Source: Bacteroidota bacterium
Lineage (GTDB): Bacteria > Bacteroidota > Bacteroidia > AKYH767-A > OLB10
Assembly (NCBI GenBank): GCA_031366005.1
Contig: JANLZB010000029.1
Location: 24,393-88,392, forward strand
Direction: 5' to 3'
DNA length: 64,000 bases
Position numbers and translations under genes: made by a program. Below are positions 57,844-64,000 of this stretch, piece by piece; the first letter of the stretch is position 1, and each line of letters opens with the position of its first letter. The notes below the pieces were generated by a model that worked only from the letters and a program-made list of their open reading frames with translations, had not been told where the DNA came from and did no database searches.

Positions 57844-59127
57844 TTAGTTGTTTTGTTGTGTGTAAGTAATATTAATTTTCATGGATGAACCTCCGTTTAA
57901 AATTGTACGTCTTGCATTGGAAGTACTTCCTCCTGCAACAATATACAATCCATAATCTTTTACGTTGCCATTTAAAATTCGTTGCAAATGACGTGTTAAA
58001 TTTAATTTATACTGTTTATCAGTTGAACTATAGGTTCCGCCAAGTTCAAAAAAATCAATAGTAAACACTTCTTTGCCCGCAGAGTCAGAGGCAACCAACA
58101 AAAGATTTTCGTGGGGTTTAAACAATCCACCATCTGAGCCATCTTTAATTGTTAAAATTAAATCGGCACGGTTGATAGATACTTTTTTATAATTAAAAAC
58201 CTGGTTCCAGTCAGGCAACTTAATCTTTGTTTTTAAACCACCCAACGATTGTACATACACCGTATCATGATTCATGGTTGGATAAATGGGATTACAGACT
58301 TGAGGAGAAACTCCATATGAATTACAATACTCATGTTTGAATCTAAGTGATCTTACAGAGTTACCATTGATCTCCAGTTCAAAAGTTTTGGCTACTGTAT
58401 CATGATAATAAATCACCATTCGATGGAAGGCTGAAGAAGCAGCACAGCTTACGATACTTCCGCTTCCATCCGAGCTGTCAACAACGTAAATACCCTGAAA
58501 ATAATTTTTATAGAAATCCTCACCATTATGTAAGGATAAGTCCCGCATGAATTCCCTTCCAACTGCTGTATCTAATGGTATTCGCAAATGCGGAGCTTTA
58601 TTTATTCCATTAATGTTCACACTGTCATTAACTCTTGGAATGATATCCACATGACCTAACATTCTTAAAAGAATAAAGTCTTCAGTAGAATAATGTACAG
58701 TGTCTTTTAACTCCTGATTTACCTGATAAACACTTATGTGATGCACACTATTGGTATCACCATAAATTCCATCTTTAATATAACCCAACGTAAGGAAAAC
58801 AGAATCAGGAGTGGTGCTCCCATTAAATGTATTTGATAAAACAGTGCTGCTAAGTCGTACTTGTGCATAAAAAAATGCAGCAGTTATACCGGTTTCATTG
58901 TCATTAATAATACCCAAAAATAAAGGAGAACCTTTGCTGCTGCTTATCAGTGAATCTTCTTTCACCGTATAAGTTGTTAAACCATCAATATCTGTATTAA
59001 TAACACCGGGTTGATCACCTGTTGGCTGCACACCCAATCCTACTTCATCGGGTTCATTGCATGAAATTGATAAAACACCAATAAAAATAACCCATAACAA
59101 AAGAAAATTTTTTCGCACTTGCACCAT
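57844..59127 (-). CDS. DUF4270-like lipoprotein (conserved glmS-adjacent gene in Bacteroidetes)
   Basis: Lipoprotein signal MVQVRKNFLLLWVIFIGVLSISC after the revised start (cat at 59125-59127). Its position just downstream of glmS matches a known Bacteroidetes synteny. Confidence 0.55.
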   Translation of the reverse strand: MVQVRKNFLLLWVIFIGVLSISCNEPDEVGLGVQPTGDQPGVINTDIDGLTTYTVKEDSLISSSKGSPLFLGIINDNETGITAAFFYAQVRLSSTVLSNTFNGSTTPDSVFLTLGYIKDGIYGDTNSVHHISVYQVNQELKDTVHYSTEDFILLRMLGHVDIIPRVNDSVNINGINKAPHLRIPLDTAVGREFMRDLSLHNGEDFYKNYFQGIYVVDSSDGSGSIVSCAASSAFHRMVIYYHDTVAKTFELEINGNSVRSLRFKHEYCNSYGVSPQVCNPIYPTMNHDTVYVQSLGGLKTKIKLPDWNQVFNYKKVSINRADLILTIKDGSDGGLFKPHENLLLVASDSAGKEVFTIDFFELGGTYSSTDKQYKLNLTRHLQRILNGNVKDYGLYIVAGGSTSNARRTILNGGSSMKINITYTQQNN

Positions 59128-59191
59128 GGCGCGAAGGTACATATATTTAAAGGTTATGAAAACGCACAACAGCGTTCGGATTCAAGAGTGC

Positions 59192-60031
59192 TTAATCAAC
59201 TAAAACAGCATCTTCAAGTAACACCTCATCATAAAAGTTATCATACGCATCAATGTACTCCTCAGGCGCCTGATAATTTAAAACCGGTTTACTTAATTTT
59301 TTAAGCTCTTTAGTCAATAAAGGATTCAAAGTAGGAGTGCCTACAACTACTGCGTCAGCAAATTTCATAGCGGTTGTAGAAATGCCAACAAAATCAGGAC
59401 TCTTAAGATCTTTAATTTCATCTTTTCCTAAGCCATCCATTGCCATTTTTTTCCAGTAATCAGCATGAAATGATTCTTTGAACTCATCATTATACAATGA
59501 ATAAACCACCTTGGAATTATGAAACATTGGATCATCCTTGTAACTTGTTTTCACAAAAAGAGGAATAAGACTTGTCATCCAGCCATGGCAATGAATAATA
59601 TCAGGAGCCCAGCCTAATTTTTTAACTGTCTCCAATACTCCACGACAGAAGAAAATAGTACGGTCATCATTATCCTTAAAGAAGTTTTCATCATCATCAT
59701 GATAAACATTTTTACGTTGAAAATATTCTTCATTATCTATAAAGTAAACCTGCATGCGGGCTGCCTGAATAGAAGCTACTTTAATAATCAGTGGATGGTC
59801 ACTATCGTTGATAATCAGGTTCATACCACTAAGACGAATCACTTCGTGCAACTGATGCCTTCTCTCATTAATATTACCAAAACGGGGCATGAAAGTTCTG
59901 ATTTCTTTTCCACGTTCCTGAATGCCCTGCGGCAGATACCGGGCTATTGTACTTTGCTCATTAGGTTCGAGATAAGGGATAATTTCACTTGAAATAAACA
60001 ACACACGGGCTTTTCTCATAGCTTTCTTCAC
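59192..60031 (-). CDS. Short glycogen/starch-synthase-like protein (GT5 N-terminal domain only)
   Basis: MKKAMRKARVLFISSEIIPYLEPNEQSTIARYLP...DIIHCHGWMTSLIPL matches the GlgA N-terminal Rossmann half. The protein is only 279 aa. Confidence 0.6.
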   Translation of the reverse strand: MKKAMRKARVLFISSEIIPYLEPNEQSTIARYLPQGIQERGKEIRTFMPRFGNINERRHQLHEVIRLSGMNLIINDSDHPLIIKVASIQAARMQVYFIDNEEYFQRKNVYHDDDENFFKDNDDRTIFFCRGVLETVKKLGWAPDIIHCHGWMTSLIPLFVKTSYKDDPMFHNSKVVYSLYNDEFKESFHADYWKKMAMDGLGKDEIKDLKSPDFVGISTTAMKFADAVVVGTPTLNPLLTKELKKLSKPVLNYQAPEEYIDAYDNFYDEVLLEDAVLVD

Positions 60032-60180
60032 AGTTAATTAATATTTGATTGCAAAGGTACGCAATATGATAGAACTATGCAATGATACTTCCAAGTGCAA
60101 GACGATAATTAAGTGATTTAATGATGCTAATTACTCAGTATCAGGTTATTTTTTATCATTGTCAGGCTAATTAATATGAC

Positions 60181-61032
60181 GTGTTTCTTGTAGTTTGCAA
60201 CACTATTGACCAGCTCCGGCAGCATCTTTCTATGGAACACACCATGGGCAGATCAATTGGATTTGTGCCCACCATGGGAGCCCTGCACCAAGGTCATATT
60301 TCATTAGTGGAGAGAGCCCTGGACGAAACATCCATTGTGGTGAGCAGTATTTTTGTTAATCCAACCCAGTTTAATGATCCAAAAGATTTAGAACGATACC
60401 CAAGAACTCCTGAAAAAGATCTAAAATTACTGGAGGAGGCGGGTTGTCATTATGTTTTTATGCCGGAGGCAAAAGAAATTTATCCGGATAACGATGTGTT
60501 TCCGGATCTCAATTTTGGTAATCTTGATAAAGTAATGGAAGGAGCGTATCGCCCTGGACATTTTAAGGGAGTAGCCACTGTTGTGGATAAGCTTTTTAGA
60601 ATCGTAGAACCTCATTGTGCTTATTTCGGAGAAAAAGATTTTCAGCAATTAACCATTATAAGGTTTTTGGTTCAAAAATTAAATCACAGGATAAAAATTG
60701 TTGGTTGCCCTACTTTAAGAGAACCTGATGGTTTGGCAATGAGTTCACGCAATCAACTGCTAACAACTGAGCAAAGAAATGATGCTCCTGTTATTTATAG
60801 AGCTTTAAAAGAATCCACTTACTGGATAAATGAATTTCCTATTGAAGAAGTCAAGAAAAAAGTAATTGACCTTATTAATGCAAGTCCTTTTTTAAAAGTG
60901 CAGTACTTTGAGATTGTTAATTCGGTTTCACTTGAAAATGTGCTTTTGTATAATGAAAGCCAGCCCACAAGAGGATGCATTGCAGTTTTAACAGATGGCC
61001 CGCGATTGATTGATAATATCGCCTACTCATAA
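60181..61032 (+). CDS. panC: Pantoate--beta-alanine ligase
   Basis: [17 protein letters not shown] (the HIGH-like motif of PanC). Confidence 0.9.
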   Translation: MFLVVCNTIDQLRQHLSMEHTMGRSIGFVPTMGALHQGHISLVERALDETSIVVSSIFVNPTQFNDPKDLERYPRTPEKDLKLLEEAGCHYVFMPEAKEIYPDNDVFPDLNFGNLDKVMEGAYRPGHFKGVATVVDKLFRIVEPHCAYFGEKDFQQLTIIRFLVQKLNHRIKIVGCPTLREPDGLAMSSRNQLLTTEQRNDAPVIYRALKESTYWINEFPIEEVKKKVIDLINASPFLKVQYFEIVNSVSLENVLLYNESQPTRGCIAVLTDGPRLIDNIAYS

Positions 61033-61063
61033 CTTCCTTTTGTTAAGATTAACTTTGCCTTCT

Positions 61064-61417
61064 ATGCATATTGAGATATTGAAATCAAAAATTCACCGTG
61101 TTAGTGTTACCGAAGCACAACTGCATTATGTGGGCAGCATAACCATTGATGAGGATTTAATGGATGCAGCCAATCTTATCGAAAATGAAAAAGTCCAGGT
61201 GTTAAATGTGAATAATGGTGAAAGGCTTGAAACGTATGTAATAAAAGGTGAACGCAACAGTGGAACGATTTGTATTAATGGTCCTGCAGCAAGAAAAATG
61301 CTGGTAGGTGATGTTGTGATTATTATCTCTTTTGCAAGTATGGAGTTTGAAACAGCCAAAAAATTTCAACCTGCAGTTATTTTTCCTAATGACCAAAACC
61401 GGATTATCAAATCATAA
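61064..61417 (+). CDS. panD: Aspartate 1-decarboxylase
   Basis: [32 protein letters not shown], with the Gly-Ser self-cleavage site (VGSI). The start was moved to the internal Met at 61064. Confidence 0.9.
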   Translation: MHIEILKSKIHRVSVTEAQLHYVGSITIDEDLMDAANLIENEKVQVLNVNNGERLETYVIKGERNSGTICINGPAARKMLVGDVVIIISFASMEFETAKKFQPAVIFPNDQNRIIKS

Positions 61418-61420
61418 ATT

Positions 61421-62416
61421 TTGAAAAAAAAGCTGCTTACCATTTTAAAATATCTTGCTTTTCTGGGAGTTGGTATCGGACTACTGTTATGGACTTTCAG
61501 GAAACAATCGCTCTCATTTCAAGAAATTATTGACCAGATATTTGCAGTTGACTTACGATGGTTATCCTTATCACTCCTGCTTTCAATATTTGCATTGTTC
61601 AGCAGAGCATACAGATGGAATCTTCTGATTCATCCTTTAGGTTATCGTCCAAAACTGATGAATGCTTTTCATTCATTAATGATAGGATACTTCGCTAACC
61701 TGGCAATACCACGCATCGGAGAAATAAGCCGTTGTGCTGCATTAAACAAAGCAGAAAATGTTCCTTTTGACAAACTCATCGGCACAGTAATTATTGAACG
61801 TGTTTCGGATGTAATAATGTTACTGGTTTCTATTTTATTGGTTTTATCAATAGAATATAACCGATTAGGCAGTTTTTTTAATGACCAGTTTTTTTCTCCG
61901 GCAATTGATACACTTCATCATTCAACATTACTATTAACTATCGTAGTATTAAGCATCATTGTGCTTATTCTTTTATTGATCCGGTATTATAAAAAGAATA
62001 AAGAATCTGCTTTGGTAAAAAAAATAAACAAACTCACTTCCGGTATCGTTACTGGTTTAAAAACCATTATCACCATGAAAAGCCGTGGCGAATTTTTATT
62101 TCACACACTTTTTATCTGGCTGATGTATTTCTTAATGACTTACACTTCTTTTTTTGCATTAACATCCACTTCCATTCTTGATGCAAAAGCAGGATTACTG
62201 ATAATGGTTATTGGCGGTATTGCAATGTCAGCACCGGTGCAAGGTGGTATCGGCACTTATCATTTTTTAGTTTCACAGGCGTTATTGTTATTTGGCATCG
62301 CAAATGGAATAGTGTTTGCCACAATGGTGCATACATGGCAAATTATTATAAGTGTTGTATTAGGATTAACGGGATGGTTAATAATCTTTGTGTTTCCTAA
62401 AAAGAAATCAGTATGA
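61421..62416 (+). CDS. Flippase-like (UPF0104/LPG-synthase TM-domain) membrane protein
   Basis: 8 predicted transmembrane helices in 331 aa. It follows panD, as is common in Bacteroidetes. Confidence 0.6.
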   Translation: MKKKLLTILKYLAFLGVGIGLLLWTFRKQSLSFQEIIDQIFAVDLRWLSLSLLLSIFALFSRAYRWNLLIHPLGYRPKLMNAFHSLMIGYFANLAIPRIGEISRCAALNKAENVPFDKLIGTVIIERVSDVIMLLVSILLVLSIEYNRLGSFFNDQFFSPAIDTLHHSTLLLTIVVLSIIVLILLLIRYYKKNKESALVKKINKLTSGIVTGLKTIITMKSRGEFLFHTLFIWLMYFLMTYTSFFALTSTSILDAKAGLLIMVIGGIAMSAPVQGGIGTYHFLVSQALLLFGIANGIVFATMVHTWQIIISVVLGLTGWLIIFVFPKKKSV

Positions 62417-62919
62417 ATCATCTCGAAATAATAAAAAATAAGATCCAGAACATTGAAAGAGCTACCTCCACAATACAACAATGGCGGGTTGAAAAATGTA
62501 AGATTGTTTTCACAAATGGTTGTTTTGATATTCTGCACCTTGGGCATATTGATTATCTCGCAAAAGCTGCCGATTTAGGTGATAAGCTAATAATAGGTGT
62601 CAATACAGATGCTTCTGTTTCCAGGATTAAAGGTCCTTCACGTCCTATCAGTGATCAGATGTCAAGAGCAATGGTGCTGGCTTCGCTTTCGTTTGTTTCT
62701 TTAATAGTTTTATTTGATGATTCTACTCCTTACAATCTTATTAAGCATGTTCAACCGGATGTGCTAGTAAAAGGAGCGGACTATAAGATTGAAGAGATTG
62801 TAGGTTATGATATAGTTACAGCTAAGGGAGGTAAAATCATTACACTTAATTACCTCGCTGGTTATTCAACTTCAGGCATTGAAAAAAGAATTCTGGAAAA
62901 AAATAAATCACATCTGTAA
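62413..62919 (+). CDS. D-glycero-beta-D-manno-heptose-1-phosphate adenylyltransferase (RfaE domain II-like cytidylyltransferase)
   Basis: FTNGCFDILHLGHIDYL, the (H/T)xGH nucleotidyltransferase motif. Confidence 0.85.
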   Translation: MNHLEIIKNKIQNIERATSTIQQWRVEKCKIVFTNGCFDILHLGHIDYLAKAADLGDKLIIGVNTDASVSRIKGPSRPISDQMSRAMVLASLSFVSLIVLFDDSTPYNLIKHVQPDVLVKGADYKIEEIVGYDIVTAKGGKIITLNYLAGYSTSGIEKRILEKNKSHL

Positions 62920-62985
62920 TGTTTTTCGAATATTTCATGTTACTTTTGAGAAACCCTTCGTACATATACCTAAAATTTTGAAACT

Positions 62986-63405
62986 ATGAAAAAACTACTT
63001 TATGTCCTTAGCCTTTGCTCATTCCTGTTGACAGGATGTGATAATAAAGACTTACTTCAATCAGAAGATAAAATTCGCGGACAATTAGAAAACAAAAACT
63101 GGAAGAGGATTCCTGCCACTCCTGATCCCAGCAAAGATTTTCATGAGATATGGACCTTTAAAGAGGGAAAGTTGGTGATTGCTAAAGACAGTACTGACTT
63201 AAACGGTACTTATTCTGTTGACACTAAATTTTCTGCAAGCTATGTTTCCTTTTTAGGATTTCCTCAGCTTCATAACTTAGTTGGGCTTGATTATACAAAC
63301 CTGAATATTAAATGGACGATTGCAGAGATAAATAATAATGTTCTATATCTGTCTGCTTCAAATGAAACCGGTACTATTAAATCACTTGAATTTGTAGTGC
63401 AATAA
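62986..63405 (+). CDS. Hypothetical lipoprotein
   Basis: Lipobox MKKLLYVLSLCSFLLTGC. Confidence 0.5.
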   Translation: MKKLLYVLSLCSFLLTGCDNKDLLQSEDKIRGQLENKNWKRIPATPDPSKDFHEIWTFKEGKLVIAKDSTDLNGTYSVDTKFSASYVSFLGFPQLHNLVGLDYTNLNIKWTIAEINNNVLYLSASNETGTIKSLEFVVQ

Positions 63406-63428
63406 AAATTCTTTAAACGCTATTTTTA

Positions 63429-63460
63429 ACTCCCGGCAGAATGACCGGGAGTTTTTTTTA
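63429..63460. terminator. Rho-independent terminator between the convergent lipoprotein and S46 peptidase genes
   Basis: actcccgg-cagaatga-ccgggagt followed by TTTTTTTT. The + strand is A/T-rich upstream as well, so it could serve both genes. Confidence 0.7.
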
Positions 63461-63505
63461 CAAAATTATTCGGCTACTGAAGGCTTAAAATATTTCGAAA
63501 AAAAA

Positions 63506-64000
63506 TCAGTCATTCACCAGCTGCATTTCATCCACCAGATACGTGGCTCCTGCAAATTTATCAATGATAAAAAGTGTGTAACGAATATCAAGTGTTATAT
63601 TTCTGCATATTTCCGGATTGAAATCAATATCACTCATCGTACCTTCCCACACACGATCGAAGTTAGTTCCCAGTAAATGTCCTTTGGCATTCAGCACCGG
63701 ACTTCCTGAGTTACCACCTGTGGTATGATTGGTTGCGATAAACGCTAAAGGCATTGTTCCGTTCACTCCATATCTGCCATAATCTTTTTGATTGTAAAGC
63801 TGAATAAGTTTTGCCGGAACATCAAACTCTTCATCCTTCGGTTTATATTTTTCTATCACACCTTCAAGTGTGGTGTAAAAAGTATAATCAACTCCATCAC
63901 GCGGATGATATGGTTTTACATTTCCATAAGCTATGCGTAAAGTAAGATTGGCATCAGGATACATTTTTTTACCATCTGCCATTTCCCGTTGTGCCTGCAT
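63506..64000 (-). CDS. S46-family serine peptidase (dipeptidyl-peptidase 7/11-like), C-terminal part; the N-terminus lies beyond the window
   Basis: Catalytic serine region TTGGNSGSPV and the conserved C-terminal helical region. The ORF runs off the window edge. Confidence 0.8.
   Translation of the reverse strand: MQAQREMADGKKMYPDANLTLRIAYGNVKPYHPRDGVDYTFYTTLEGVIEKYKPKDEEFDVPAKLIQLYNQKDYGRYGVNGTMPLAFIATNHTTGGNSGSPVLNAKGHLLGTNFDRVWEGTMSDIDFNPEICRNITLDIRYTLFIIDKFAGATYLVDEMQLVND

Noticed and set aside
59192-60031. Short GT5 glycogen-synthase-like gene as a pseudogene (truncated glgA)
   Set aside because: The ORF is intact, with a proper start and stop and no frameshift debris downstream. Short GT5 N-terminal-only proteins are a recurring intact form in Bacteroidota, so it is not called a pseudogene.
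1-64000. CRISPR arrays, tRNA or rRNA genes, transposases or integrases
   Set aside because: Scanning the intergenic regions found no regularly spaced direct repeats and no tRNA-like cloverleaf candidates. No ORF showed DDE, serine- or tyrosine-recombinase motifs. An automated tRNAscan or Infernal run would be needed to exclude small RNAs fully.

Overview
A 64 kb chromosomal segment that is most likely from a Bacteroidota genome (Sphingobacteriia/Chitinophagia-like). This is supported by AT-rich DNA, several secreted proteins ending in T9SS-type C-terminal sorting domains, a TPR-sensor kinase with a LuxR-type regulator, and Bacteroidetes-style GH3, DUF4270 and short GT5 genes. About 60 protein-coding genes are supported. 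No rRNA, tRNA, CRISPR array or transposase was recognised by eye.

Core genes include gltX, glnS, folB, rnr, rpiB, trxA, polX, glmS, panC, panD, a deoxynucleoside kinase, an rfaE domain-II adenylyltransferase, and a partial nfo (5' end) and S46 peptidase (3' end).

Accessory content falls into four groups:
- A cluster of secreted T9SS cargo (M4 thermolysin-like protease, tail-fibre-like protein, 1134-aa BNR/Asp-box protein) bracketed by a TPR histidine kinase and a LuxR response regulator.
- A two-part polysaccharide (capsule/EPS/O-antigen) locus: wza-wzc-wzx at 27.2-31.6 kb, then epimerase, four glycosyltransferases, wzy, asnB and an acetyltransferase at 40.6-49.6 kb. It is followed directly by a PAPS pathway (cysC-cysD-cysN-cysQ), which suggests a sulfated glycan. 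A stand-alone PAPS-type sulfotransferase lies 17 kb upstream.
- Three toxin-antitoxin modules: HEPN/MNT next to a Uma2 endonuclease between the two aaRS genes; an MntA/HepT cassette inserted at the 3' end of the acetyltransferase gene and flanked by a ~38-bp direct repeat; and a PemK/MazF pair.
- An orphan EncFtn-like mini-ferritin with no encapsulin shell gene nearby.

Several long perfect inverted repeats and palindromes sit in intergenic and regulatory positions. Start codons were revised for several ORF-track entries where an N-terminal extension overlapped a neighbouring gene or missed an obvious signal peptide.
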